64,000 nucleotides of DNA from Candidatus Woesearchaeota archaeon (GTDB taxonomy: Archaea > Nanobdellota > Nanobdellia > SCGC-AAA011-G17 > GW2011-AR20). Both the position numbers and the translations under genes were made by a program. Where the stretch lies: contig JAGVZQ010000001.1 in assembly GCA_018302465.1 (NCBI GenBank), forward strand, positions 2,235 to 66,234, in the 5' to 3' direction. The stretch's first letter is position 1. The number at the start of each line of letters is the position of its first letter. Below the pieces are notes generated by a model that had not been told where the DNA came from, searched no databases, and saw only the letters and a program-made list of their open reading frames with translations. Shown here in pieces: positions 55,401 through 63,966 of the stretch.

Positions 55401-57194
55401 ATCTTCAGAAACAGGCTTTATTTCTACTTTTATTTCTGGAACAATTCTTGCTTCCTCAGCAGCGTCTAATGAATTATGACAAAGGATTGCTCCCACTCCC
55501 GCAACAAAATTCTCGCAATTTGGAACAGATACATCATATACCCATTCGCGGTCGTATTGAATTTCTTCTATACTTCTAATTCTTAAAACACCAAGATCGC
55601 TTTCTAAAAGTGTTTTAACATTCCTGTATACACTTATGTTTTGGGCGGATAAACCTGTTTTTAAAACTTTAAATGAGAGATTAATCTGGTTATCTCGGTT
55701 TATAGAATATCTAAGTTTTGAATCTGTTGTGCCGATTATTGTATCTTTAATCGGGAGGAGGTTTAAATGGCTGTCCTTGCCACTTGTGTATACGTAAATT
55801 TGGTAACTTTTTCCATACTTTGTTTTAATATTATTAATAATCCGTTCTGATTCATTTGTCATGCCAGTGCTGTAACTTAAACCTAAAGAAGATAGCAAAT
55901 ATTGTAAACCTATAAAAAGTTCTGAACTTGCTGTGGCACAAGTTATTTTTTCTATACTTAGTTCAGGCAATATCCCCTTATGCCTTAGCAGTTTGAACAG
56001 CTCTTTGCTCGGATAGCCATCACCTGAAAGATACGCCAGTAAAAATGTATATTTTAAATTATAGCTAAAACTGTGCACAATCTCTGGTATCTTTTTTGAA
56101 TTTGCATAATCCCCAACCTTAAAAATATGCTTAAATACAAAACAAATTATGCTTGAATTAGAGATGACATTATATGCCGTATTGTGGGCTTTTTTGATTT
56201 TAGGATGGACTTTAAAAATCTTTTCAAACAAATCAGCTAGATAATTCACCATTTCTTTCTCATGATCACCAAAAGAGAAATGAATTCTGTTTAATGAGCG
56301 TAGCATAGAGCCCTCAGATGCGTAGAATCCAAGTAATTCTGCCAACTTATTATCCGCATTTATAATCACGGGTATTTTATGGGGGCTGTATAAATATCCT
56401 AAACGGGAATCTGAAAGTCTGTTGATATCGATCTTGAGCTTCCTAAGAATGTTAAATGGCAAATAATTGAATCTCTTGAAATCATTAATTCTGTATTTTC
56501 TAGATTCTGGAAAAATTCCCTTTAGCTGATTAATAACATCATCTGTAAGGATATTATTAATTCCGTGGATGTATATTTTTTTAGTAAGTTCTGGGTCAAG
56601 CATTAAAAGCTCTTCAATAAGGTTTATCTCACTCATTGTGTAATCGCTATTCCAGCTTGATCTAGGGACAATAAGGGGTGTTCCAACCTTAAGAGCGGTT
56701 GTAGGAACTGAGATTACTTCTCCTTTGTCTATGGTAAAAACCGAATGATAAGCTGTGAGGTCTACATATCTTCCTGAGGTGAGCTTTACCCTATAAATCT
56801 TACTATTTACTTTATGCCTAAATAATGTTGAAACCGGATGGAATGATAATTTTAATGTTTTTTTGTCAAAGGCGAGAGCCTCTATGCTTTCTTGCGCGGT
56901 AATTTTTTCTAGACCGCCATCTCTCGAAATGCAAATTTTTGTTTTGTTCTTTTTTAACTCGGTATCAATTAACTCTCCTATCTTAGTTAAAGAGATTTTT
57001 CCTTTTTTTCTTACAAGAATAGGCATATCGTAAGTCAAGCTATTATCACATGCTTCTTTTATGGTTGTTAATAATGCTTTTCTTGGATTATCAAAACCCA
57101 GAAGATGTTTATTTTTTACGAAGAACTCTGATATTGAAATTTCTCTTTGTCCTTTTGCTAAATCCTCTGCTGTTACTTGCTTTTCTGCTGGCAT
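52458..57194 (-). CDS. top6B: DNA topoisomerase VI subunit B interrupted by two inteins (1578 aa precursor, ~535 aa mature)
   Basis: N-terminus ISEFFVKNKHLLGFDNPRKALLTTIKEACDN | SLDAAEEARIVPEIKV reconstitutes the Bergerat N-box ENSLDA. GQQGIGI | SASCMYGQLTTGKP reconstitutes the G2 box. The C-terminal transducer domain is present. Confidence 0.9.
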   Translation of the reverse strand: MPAEKQVTAEDLAKGQREISISEFFVKNKHLLGFDNPRKALLTTIKEACDNSLTYDMPILVRKKGKISLTKIGELIDTELKKNKTKICISRDGGLEKITAQESIEALAFDKKTLKLSFHPVSTLFRHKVNSKIYRVKLTSGRYVDLTAYHSVFTIDKGEVISVPTTALKVGTPLIVPRSSWNSDYTMSEINLIEELLMLDPELTKKIYIHGINNILTDDVINQLKGIFPESRKYRINDFKRFNYLPFNILRKLKIDINRLSDSRLGYLYSPHKIPVIINADNKLAELLGFYASEGSMLRSLNRIHFSFGDHEKEMVNYLADLFEKIFKVHPKIKKAHNTAYNVISNSSIICFVFKHIFKVGDYANSKKIPEIVHSFSYNLKYTFLLAYLSGDGYPSKELFKLLRHKGILPELSIEKITCATASSELFIGLQYLLSSLGLSYSTGMTNESERIINNIKTKYGKSYQIYVYTSGKDSHLNLLPIKDTIIGTTDSKLRYSINRDNQINLSFKVLKTGLSAQNISVYRNVKTLLESDLGVLRIRSIEEIQYDREWVYDVSVPNCENFVAGVGAILCHNSLDAAEEARIVPEIKVEIKPVSEDRFIVIVEDNGPGIVKEQIPRIFAKLLYGSKFHRLRCSRGQQGIGICMTPDTLITLGDGKVLSIENIVEEKPNADLFVLTPTFKFGLGKIDRFWKIPSPPYMVKLDVLRGRSIQLTPENPVLVIDEGGYKWKDADDISEGEHIAVAKKLGTHVKDCKIPLFDFLDEEVRIDNSEFIGTILENLKKKYKNWNSVAKRFNIKKDQIKGWKKTYIRRRPNKKILELFADDLGISKEELIKNCTRVGKLGTYITLPNYIDDSFMRFLGFISGDGHSQKESANRWGRNISFWNNNAHLIREFRKIAKNLFGLKARTIIHSKGRGQMAQFSSSLVSRIINKCGVPSGKKHNTFRLIPLLHRKDLLRPYLQALFDCEAHVSKDRKTVSFMIRNDAMISYINMFLLQFGVVGRINKAGEDKRIVISGIENICNFNKEIGFSHPKKKNILKEIVEGYNNGSRETELIPFIRKKIFSLKNKLKIPYKEFPTPQVICHKNKSVDMTTLQGIVNFFISKTDLKKPPIELQELYCLLNSNVTWTKVTSKKRVEKRHNYVYDLTMAQGNNFVANGIIVHNSASCMYGQLTTGKPAKITSKTNPKKLAHYFELIIDTKTNEPKIVQEHDLDWPEKKTGTKVEIELTAKYQKGNQSVDQYLKQTAIVNPHLSLTYINPEGEKSEFPRATNQLPKESKEIKPHPHGIELGILIKMLHDTQAKTLQSFLQNDFCRISAKVAKDVCEKSSLDCGARPERIAMQEAEILYKSLNATKIMSPPTDCVTPIGEELIIKGLKKEVGAEFYTAVSRPPSVYRGNPFIIEVGLAYRGNLPSDELVKIYRFANRVPLLYQLSACATTKAVVSTTWRNYGLSQSKGALPAGPVVILIHVASVWVPFTSESKEAIAHYPEILKELKLALQEVGRKLATHIRKNVRAKEQRERANLFEKYIPELASSLSILSGEKKEVIKENLEKKLKKELPLLLGEVKQAKNEKDTDKE
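53706..55265 (-). mobile_element. Intein 2 in Top6B (520 aa, residues C644-N1163) with LAGLIDADG homing-endonuclease domain
   Basis: Starts CMTPDTLITLGDG (block A). Blocks FLGFISGDGHS and LQALFDCEAHVS. Ends NGIIVHN with +1 Ser. The junction restores GQQGIGI-SA. Confidence 0.85.
55473..57041 (-). mobile_element. Intein 1 in Top6B (523 aa, residues S52-N574) with LAGLIDADG homing-endonuclease domain
   Basis: Block A SLTYDMPIL (Ser1 nucleophile). LAGLIDADG-like blocks LLGFYASEGSM and LLAYLSGDGYP. Block G ...GAILCHN followed by +1 Ser. The excised junction restores CDN-SLDA. Confidence 0.8.
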
Positions 57195-57231
57195 AAAATT
57201 TGGATATTTAAACTTCTTTATAAATCTTTAT

Positions 57232-57741
57232 CTATTTTTTGCTTCTTTCAATAAATCCATAGACATTTCCATGCTTTGAGCCCTGCAATAAATTAATTAT
57301 TGCTTTTTTCGCAAGATGAGAGTTTTCCTGAGTTCCTATTATTGAAGCTGTTTTTCCGTAGACGCTAATGTCTGTATGGGTTAATATTTCAATATTTTTT
57401 CTTGCTTTCCCCTGGGAGCCTATCAATCTTGATTTTAATCTCATTAATTTTTTCTTTGATTTAAAAGAAAAATCTGTTATGTCTACTATTTCAAGAACAT
57501 TTTCTTCATCTAATAAGTTAAATGCTATCTTTGGGTTAAAACCGCGACCAATTGCCTGGACTATTGGTTTTGTGTTGAATATGTTTATGCTTTCTTCTGA
57601 GGATATTACTACATCTCCTTCATCTGAGTCTATTGTTAAATAAGTAGAAGTTTGTTTTTCTAATTCTCTCTTTATTTTTCCTTTCTCTCCAATTAGAACT
57701 GCAATTCTTCTTTTTGGTATTTTCATTGATTCCTGAAACAT
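57232..57741 (-). CDS. Tandem KH-domain RNA-binding protein (Dim2/Pno1-like)
   Basis: Two KH GxxG loops, IGEKGKIKRELE and IGSQGKARKNIE. 169 aa. Adjacent to aIF1A, as in many archaea. Confidence 0.7.
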   Translation of the reverse strand: MFQESMKIPKRRIAVLIGEKGKIKRELEKQTSTYLTIDSDEGDVVISSEESINIFNTKPIVQAIGRGFNPKIAFNLLDEENVLEIVDITDFSFKSKKKLMRLKSRLIGSQGKARKNIEILTHTDISVYGKTASIIGTQENSHLAKKAIINLLQGSKHGNVYGFIERSKK

Positions 57742-57742
57742 C

Positions 57743-58111
57743 TTAGAATTCTTCTATATTCTCCAAACCTTTAAGGAAACCTTTCTTTTTTAACCACTCA
57801 ATTTGTGTAGGTCTGTATTTTAACAGAATATCTCCTTTTGTTTCTTGCTCAAATTCCCATGGCTCAACTAAAACTACATCATTTTCTCTTATCCAGAGTT
57901 TTCTTTTTAATCTTCCTGGAATTCTGCAATTTCTTGATTTGCCGTCTAAACAGCGAACAATCATTCTAGAACCCCCTACTCTTTGATCAACTAAACCTAA
58001 AACCTGCCTGCCTCTGGGTGTTGGCACTCTTACTTCTTCCTGAGGCTGCTCTTGACTTTGTTTCATATAAAGAAAAGTAGAAAACTGGGTTTTAAAGGCT
58101 TTTGGATTCAT
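57743..58111 (-). CDS. eif1a: Translation initiation factor 1A (aIF1A / eIF1A)
   Basis: MIVRCLDGKSRNCRIPGRLKRKLWIRENDVVLVEPWEFEQETKGDILLKY is the eIF1A OB-fold signature. The true start is probably the internal Met at codon 16 (MKQSQEQ...). Confidence 0.85.
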   Translation of the reverse strand: MNPKAFKTQFSTFLYMKQSQEQPQEEVRVPTPRGRQVLGLVDQRVGGSRMIVRCLDGKSRNCRIPGRLKRKLWIRENDVVLVEPWEFEQETKGDILLKYRPTQIEWLKKKGFLKGLENIEEF

Positions 58112-58115
58112 CTTT

Positions 58116-58715
58116 TTAATTACAATACATAATATAACTGTATATGGGATTTAATGTTAATGTCCAATCTAGGTAATCACACGTACCTCCGGTGGGAGGG
58201 CTATCATTTACTACACATCTATCTCTACATACTCTTCCTGCTATAGACATTGGCTGCCAAGTATCCATAGCAGGGCATTCAAAGGAGGGGTCACATTTTA
58301 TGGCACATGAAGAAGTGGGAAAATTCCCCCGGCCTGCTAAACGCCCTTGTAGGGGGATGTAACCTCCTGGAGGATTAATATCTTCAAATAGAATTGGAGT
58401 AGCTGTCCCAGATGAGGGTAAAACTATACAATCTGAACCTCCTCCACCAGAAGGCCAAGAAGTTCTTTTAACTCCGCCTAAAGATATTGCACCTTTTGCA
58501 ATTAAATCTGCTTCTACATTCACTTCCCTTAAGGCTGTTGATGATTTTGATGTTATAATATCTGTATATAAAATTCCATGACTTTGCTTTTCTGGAGTCC
58601 ATGCAGGACTTGTGAAAGAAGCCTGAGCAATTACATATGCTGAACTAAATAATAATACTAAAATTCCAAATATAATGTAAAGATGTTTTTTTTCAAAATT
58701 AACTTTCATTAACAC
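58116..58715 (-). CDS. Secreted Cys/Gly-rich protein (hypothetical)
   Basis: N-terminal signal/TM (LYIIFGILVLLFSSAYVIAQA) and 9 Cys in the mature region. Confidence 0.4.
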   Translation of the reverse strand: MLMKVNFEKKHLYIIFGILVLLFSSAYVIAQASFTSPAWTPEKQSHGILYTDIITSKSSTALREVNVEADLIAKGAISLGGVKRTSWPSGGGGSDCIVLPSSGTATPILFEDINPPGGYIPLQGRLAGRGNFPTSSCAIKCDPSFECPAMDTWQPMSIAGRVCRDRCVVNDSPPTGGTCDYLDWTLTLNPIYSYIMYCN

Positions 58716-58746
58716 ACCTCTTTTATAAAAATAATATTTTGTTTCT

Positions 58747-59064
58747 TTAAATATCTTTCTTTTCTAATCTGAAAAGTACTGTTACCCTATAAACCTTTTT
58801 GGAAGTCATCCTATTGACTCCGTAAAGGCTTCTTGAAAGTATCATGATTCCGCCAAATTTTTTCTTAAGCCTTCTCCCAAGAATTTGGGTAAACTTTTGA
58901 GAAGTTAAGTAAAGGTCTATACCTGTTTTCAGCTTTTCTTCTTTAGCGATTAAACAATCATTTCTATTTTCTATTTGAGCATAAACAAAATCGAGAACTT
59001 CTTTATTATTTGGTCTGAGCTGCAGTTTAGCTTCAAAATATTGATCATTTGCGTATAAGGTCAT
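58747..59064 (-). CDS. Conserved hypothetical small protein (105 aa) in translation-factor operon
   Basis: Basic, mixed alpha/beta; operonic (4-nt overlap) with the DUF424 and aIF2-beta genes. No confident family assignment. Confidence 0.3.
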   Translation of the reverse strand: MTLYANDQYFEAKLQLRPNNKEVLDFVYAQIENRNDCLIAKEEKLKTGIDLYLTSQKFTQILGRRLKKKFGGIMILSRSLYGVNRMTSKKVYRVTVLFRLEKKDI

Positions 59065-59354
59065 AGTGCAACCACCATAGATATAGGAATTCCTTTTATT
59101 TTTATAACTGATTCTTTTTCTATAACTTTAGCTTCTAATGCTAATTTTATTGATTCTTTTCCTACTATATTAAGATTTGAGCAGGATTTTAACATTTTTA
59201 TCAGAATATCTTTCTGCATTTCTTTTCCTTTAAAGAAGTTTTCTGTGATTTCAATATGCAATTTCCCTTCATTAAACTCTTTTCCGATCAAATCAGAATC
59301 ACAAACAGCAATTACTTCTCTTCCTCTGTCTTCATGTATTTTTACAAGAATCAT
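59061..59354 (-). CDS. DUF424-like archaeal protein
   Basis: MILVKIHEDRGREVIAVCDSDLIGKEFNEGKLHIEITENFF resembles the archaeal DUF424 family, which commonly sits next to aIF2-beta. Length is 97 aa. Confidence 0.45.
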   Translation of the reverse strand: MILVKIHEDRGREVIAVCDSDLIGKEFNEGKLHIEITENFFKGKEMQKDILIKMLKSCSNLNIVGKESIKLALEAKVIEKESVIKIKGIPISMVVAL

Positions 59355-59758
59355 ATTTTTGCTCTTACAGGATGTTTAGCTCCACATGCAGAACATTTTA
59401 TTGTAGTTATTCTATCTTCTTTTTTTAATTGGGTATCAGGTTTCTTGCATTCAGGACATAATACAAACAGTTCTGTATATTGTTTTATTTTCTCATTTAT
59501 TAAAGAAGAAGGCAATTTTCTTCCAAGGATTAATCTTGGCCCATCTATAATTGCAGGGGTTGCTAATTCTCTTTGTAAATATTTTAATACATGCTGAGGA
59601 TCTCTTCTTAATGTTGAACACATAGCTAAAAAATTAGATATTATTGTCTTGCTTCCCTGAACATGGCCTGCAGCTTTTGGAATATCAAAACGCTCTCCTG
59701 TATTTTCTGACTTTGGAATGTCCTTATACGCCTTTTTTAATAATTCTTCATAACCCAT
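59351..59758 (-). CDS. eif2b: Translation initiation factor 2 beta subunit (aIF2-beta)
   Basis: C-terminal C4 zinc ribbon CPECKKPDT...CSACGA. The core FLAMCSTLRRDPQHVLKYLQRELAT matches the eIF2-beta/eIF5 domain. Confidence 0.85.
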   Translation of the reverse strand: MGYEELLKKAYKDIPKSENTGERFDIPKAAGHVQGSKTIISNFLAMCSTLRRDPQHVLKYLQRELATPAIIDGPRLILGRKLPSSLINEKIKQYTELFVLCPECKKPDTQLKKEDRITTIKCSACGAKHPVRAKI

Positions 59759-59789
59759 ACCAATAACATAAAAACAGCATTTTTAAGGC

Positions 59790-60473
59790 TTATGTTAATT
59801 TTATTTTAGTGGGAGAGATATTGAATACTTCTCCTTCTAATACTAAACTTTGAAGTATTTTTTCTGCATCTTCTTCCCTCATGCCAGATTTAGAAAGAAC
59901 ATCTGAGATTTCTGCTCCATCTCCTTTATCTAATTCTTCTATTTTGTTTATTATTTTCTGCCTTGTTTGTTCATTGCTGCCAGTCATTTTTTCTTCATGC
60001 ACTTCAATTTTCTGCTCATCATTTGCAGTTTTCTCAGGCATCATTTTTATTACCATTTTTTCTGGCCTGCCGTATTCTTTGACTAATTCTAAATTTCTTA
60101 AAACAAGCCATTTGGGGGAAATTTTCTTTACAACCTCAGGGACTATGTACATTTCCTGCTGATATTCTCTTAATTTTCCTATTACTAAAACGAGATCAGA
60201 AACAGTAATCTCCTTCATTATTCTTGTATCTTCTCCCCAGACTTTTGCCCTTATCTGAGCTGAGCCATCATCTAATGTTATTGAAGAAAATCTATTTTCC
60301 TCTGTTTCTGTTTTTTGAATTACTGTTGCAATTAAATTTATTCTTGATACTTTTTTTCCGTTTATGTCTACGTAATTCGGAGCAAACTCTCCTTCCTGTT
60401 TTACATATACCCCATTATTTATGCTTGATACCCATATTATATTTGCAGGCTGCCTTTCTATTTGTTGTTCCAT
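59790..60473 (-). CDS. OB-fold ssDNA-binding protein with C-terminal winged helix (RPA32-like)
   Basis: OB-fold pattern VSRINLIATVIQKTETEENRFSSITLDDGSAQIRAKVWGED and C-terminal wH (ISDVLSKSGMREEDAEKILQSLVLEGEVFNI). Sits immediately downstream of mcm. Confidence 0.45.
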   Translation of the reverse strand: MEQQIERQPANIIWVSSINNGVYVKQEGEFAPNYVDINGKKVSRINLIATVIQKTETEENRFSSITLDDGSAQIRAKVWGEDTRIMKEITVSDLVLVIGKLREYQQEMYIVPEVVKKISPKWLVLRNLELVKEYGRPEKMVIKMMPEKTANDEQKIEVHEEKMTGSNEQTRQKIINKIEELDKGDGAEISDVLSKSGMREEDAEKILQSLVLEGEVFNISPTKIKLT

Positions 60474-60474
60474 T

Positions 60475-63400
60475 TTACATCTTACTTATATGACCCGATT
60501 TAGGCTCAAAAATTTCTCCTTCTCTTTTTAATTTTTCTATAGCTTCTTGAACATGTACTTCATCTATTCCTTTTTCCGCAGCTTCAGCAATAATCTCTTC
60601 TATTGGAATATCCTTTCCTAGTTTTTTGTCTAAAGAGAATATTATTTCACGGAGAGCTACAATTCTTGACCTTTGTGATGAAGATATTCCGGTGCTGATT
60701 CTGTCTATGTCTATCTGGCCTGTTTCCGGATCAATACCAACCTGCATTAAGCAATGCTTTAGTAGCCTAATTGATCTTTTTGAATCTTCTCTTGTAACTT
60801 TTTTTGATAATCTTACTCTTGCAGAACCTTCTGCTAATCTAACTAATGCTTCTAATTGTCTTGCGGATATAGGTATTGGTCTTATACCTTCTTCTCCTGT
60901 AGTTCCTGAATTTCTTAATTCCACATAAAAAGTCATAATCTCATCAACTGCTGCATCTGTTAATACTGGATTTACTCTATTTTTTGTGTAAGAAATATAT
61001 TTTCTAAATAGTTTAGGCGGAACTTCTGATTTTAATTCAGATGGTTTTTGTTGAAGCTTTAATACATGTGAGGCAATTAATTTATCTTTTTCTTTGTTTG
61101 GAATATCTCTAACAGGAAATATTAAATCAAATCTGTTAATCAAAGCAGGAGGCAAATCAATTTGGGATGCTATTGGAGCATATGGATCAAACCTGCCTAA
61201 TTTTGGGTTTGCTGCTGCTAAAACTGTTGTCCTAGAATTTAAGGTTGCCTGGATATTAGCTTTTGAGATACTAATTCTCTGCTGCTCCATTGCTTCATGC
61301 ATAGCTGATGTATCTTCTACTGTCATCTTATCTAATTCATCAATGCAGTTGTGGACGATTATACCATCTGCAAAAAAGTTGTGCTTTTCCGGCACGTATA
61401 AATCATATACATACCCCTTGTATTTGTGCTTTTTAATTTTTATAATTTTATCTAAAAAGTAGTCTCTTTTTATGAGATTCAAAGCGCTGGAGATTGTTTC
61501 ATGGTCTATTTTATCTCTTGTCCTAGTAATTATTTTTAATAATTGTTTTCTAGATGGTTCCCTCTTCATATGCTTAAAATCGTAAATTGAGCTCCAAACC
61601 CCTTTATTGATTAAGTAAGATTTATTTAATTTTGATATTTTTGTACATAAACCTCCCGTGACCATTCTCGGAATCTTATCGCTAAAACAGGATATATCTA
61701 TACGCTTCTCTAAGAATTTTGTTTTTCTTATTTTTACAGAAAATCCTTTTAATTCTTTAATCATGCAGTCGATATCACTTCTTCCGCTTACAACCACTGC
61801 CTTTATTTTGCTTTTGAGATTTTCTTTTACATTTCCATAGCAATCCAATCTTCTTAATGCGATTAAGAAATTTAAATTATCACGAAGATTATTACTAAAC
61901 AAGAATTGTATGTTTTGAGTGTAATATTTTTTTCCATTTTTTGTGCAATGCTTTTTGCTGATGCACCCATCGGAATCCATTAGCCCTGCAATAAATCCTT
62001 TTAGTGATTCTGTTGGCAAGGATATCAGATTTTGCAAGGAATTTTTCGTATAAATGCTATATAACTCTCCTATCAAGTTACTTCCTATCCCAAGATTGTT
62101 ATACTGTACAGTTATCTTCTTATTATCTAATATAACCTCTCTTTTAAATTTGTACTCTGGGAGATTTTTTGAAGAGATTATACTCCAGCATCTCTTAAGT
62201 TCGTTAACATATTCTTTATGGGCTGCTGATTGTGTAATCAATATACTTGTTCTTCTTTTATTAATACAAACATGTCCGTCACCATGAATAAACCCTAAAA
62301 TATATGCTAGTTCGGGGGTAATTCTTGTTATCTTCAACCTTTCGCCATTAGACACCCTTCCATATTTCAGAGGCTTACGCTTCCAATAGTCCCCTATTTG
62401 GAAATAATTTATTACTTCTGTGAACTTTTGCTTTGTTAGTTGTAGACCCCCAGAGATAAAATTTTTATCTATACTAAATTTTCTGTTAAATTCACTTAGT
62501 GTTTTGAATCCTTTTTTGATTGTTTGTTTTAACTCTTCCTTTTCTTCTTTATTTAAAAATATCTTCCAATTATTTGGGATGATGTCAAAAATGAGAATCT
62601 CTTTATTATTGTCTGGTAATTTTAAAGGGGCTAGAATCTTATCACCTGTCTTGAATTTTCCTGCTGTTTTCCATTTCAGATTATTGCCGTTTATCAAAGG
62701 GTGATCCGGAGTTAATTTTATTCTGAAACCAGAAGTGAATCTTAACTCAATTAGTTCTCCTTCGTATCTTTTTCTTCTTATTAAGGGCGATTTTATTTTT
62801 TTAGTTTCTAATTCTCTTAAATCAAATCCAAAACTATCTATTTGGGCTTGACTAATTTCTACTAATTCGGTATTGCATTTTCCGAATATTTTCTTATTTT
62901 TATTAAACAATTTGGATATGGGCTGGAGCGTATTATTGTTTATTATTTGTGTTTGTGGGTGCAGGCAACAAATTCCATTATTGGCTAGGACTAATGCACC
63001 TGCTTCTAAGGCCCAACCCTTTAGGAATTCATCTTTTACTACAGAAGCTGAAATTCCTGCACCCGACGCTCCCTTCCCAGAAACAAATCTCGCTTTTGGA
63101 GCTAATTTTGCGACAAAAGTGAGGAGCTGAGATTTTCCACTGCCCGGATCACCACATAAAAGTATATGTATGTCTCCTCTTGTAGTAGTTCCATCTTCTT
63201 TTTGCTTTCTTACTCCCCCCATTAATTGGAGAAGAATTGCTTCTTTTATATCCTCATGACCGTAAATAGAAGGAGCTATTGATTGAATGAAATTTTCATA
63301 TAGTCTTTCACTTTTTGATAAATCTAAGATTTCTTTTTCTTCTTCAGGATTGATCTCTATATCCTGATAAGCTTCATCTATTGGTTCTATGAAGTTAGAG

Positions 63401-63966
63401 TCCATCATCAAATCATATCTTATGGATTGAGCTCCTGTCCTCAAGATTATTGGAACTTCTTTTACTATGCCATAGACTCTTACTTTGCTTCCTGGTGTTG
63501 TTTTTCTTTCCATCTTCGGCTCCACTAAATCTTCCTTAAGAAAAACTGAAAGCCTTTTTGGCTGCTCTCCTCCTTCTAAGGATTCTGGAGATTCTTCTAG
63601 GACTAAACGCTGTGCATCTACTAAGTCTTTTGATAATAATCTGAATTTTCCCCTTCTCCCACAGGTACATCTTGTAGGCTCTTTAAATCTTGTTTCTATT
63701 TGCAATATTGTGATGGTATTGCCGCAGGAAGGGCATTCAAACCTTGCTGATGTTACTTGAGGTCTTACATCTGAAGATTGACGAACAATCCCTTCTATGT
63801 ACATTAGTTTATCTAAATGGGGGCTTCTTATGTTTCTTATTGCTATGTACTGGGCTTGGGGCAGGTTAGTAAACCTGACCTTAAAATTCTTTGTCTCATA
63901 GCCTTCCATGGCTAATTCAAAGCCTCTTATTGTCTCTTCTGGGCTTTCTAATACCTCATCAGACAT
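60475..63966 (-). CDS. mcm: Replicative helicase MCM interrupted by one intein (precursor >=1163 aa). The frame stays open to the window end, so the N-terminus may lie beyond nt 64000
   Basis: Zn-finger CPSCG...CTCG, Walker A ILLCGDPGSGKSQLL, Walker B ALVLANNGIC | CIDELDKM (intein inserted), arginine finger and sensor regions. C-terminal wH. Confidence 0.9.
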   Translation of the reverse strand: MSDEVLESPEETIRGFELAMEGYETKNFKVRFTNLPQAQYIAIRNIRSPHLDKLMYIEGIVRQSSDVRPQVTSARFECPSCGNTITILQIETRFKEPTRCTCGRRGKFRLLSKDLVDAQRLVLEESPESLEGGEQPKRLSVFLKEDLVEPKMERKTTPGSKVRVYGIVKEVPIILRTGAQSIRYDLMMDSNFIEPIDEAYQDIEINPEEEKEILDLSKSERLYENFIQSIAPSIYGHEDIKEAILLQLMGGVRKQKEDGTTTRGDIHILLCGDPGSGKSQLLTFVAKLAPKARFVSGKGASGAGISASVVKDEFLKGWALEAGALVLANNGICCLHPQTQIINNNTLQPISKLFNKNKKIFGKCNTELVEISQAQIDSFGFDLRELETKKIKSPLIRRKRYEGELIELRFTSGFRIKLTPDHPLINGNNLKWKTAGKFKTGDKILAPLKLPDNNKEILIFDIIPNNWKIFLNKEEKEELKQTIKKGFKTLSEFNRKFSIDKNFISGGLQLTKQKFTEVINYFQIGDYWKRKPLKYGRVSNGERLKITRITPELAYILGFIHGDGHVCINKRRTSILITQSAAHKEYVNELKRCWSIISSKNLPEYKFKREVILDNKKITVQYNNLGIGSNLIGELYSIYTKNSLQNLISLPTESLKGFIAGLMDSDGCISKKHCTKNGKKYYTQNIQFLFSNNLRDNLNFLIALRRLDCYGNVKENLKSKIKAVVVSGRSDIDCMIKELKGFSVKIRKTKFLEKRIDISCFSDKIPRMVTGGLCTKISKLNKSYLINKGVWSSIYDFKHMKREPSRKQLLKIITRTRDKIDHETISSALNLIKRDYFLDKIIKIKKHKYKGYVYDLYVPEKHNFFADGIIVHNCIDELDKMTVEDTSAMHEAMEQQRISISKANIQATLNSRTTVLAAANPKLGRFDPYAPIASQIDLPPALINRFDLIFPVRDIPNKEKDKLIASHVLKLQQKPSELKSEVPPKLFRKYISYTKNRVNPVLTDAAVDEIMTFYVELRNSGTTGEEGIRPIPISARQLEALVRLAEGSARVRLSKKVTREDSKRSIRLLKHCLMQVGIDPETGQIDIDRISTGISSSQRSRIVALREIIFSLDKKLGKDIPIEEIIAEAAEKGIDEVHVQEAIEKLKREGEIFEPKSGHISKM
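61348..62967 (-). mobile_element. Intein in MCM (540 aa, residues C334-N873) with LAGLIDADG homing-endonuclease domain, inserted in Walker B
   Basis: Starts CLHPQTQII. LAGLIDADG blocks LAYILGFIHGDGHV and LKGFIAGLMDSDGCI. Ends DGIIVHN followed by +1 Cys. The junction restores NNGIC-CIDELDKM. Confidence 0.85.

Noticed and set aside
57743-58111. aIF1A annotated start at 58111 giving a 15-residue N-terminal extension
   Set aside because: The extension (MNPKAFKTQFSTFLY) is not aIF1A-like, so the internal Met at codon 16 is the more probable start. I kept the ORF-track coordinates but flagged the uncertainty.
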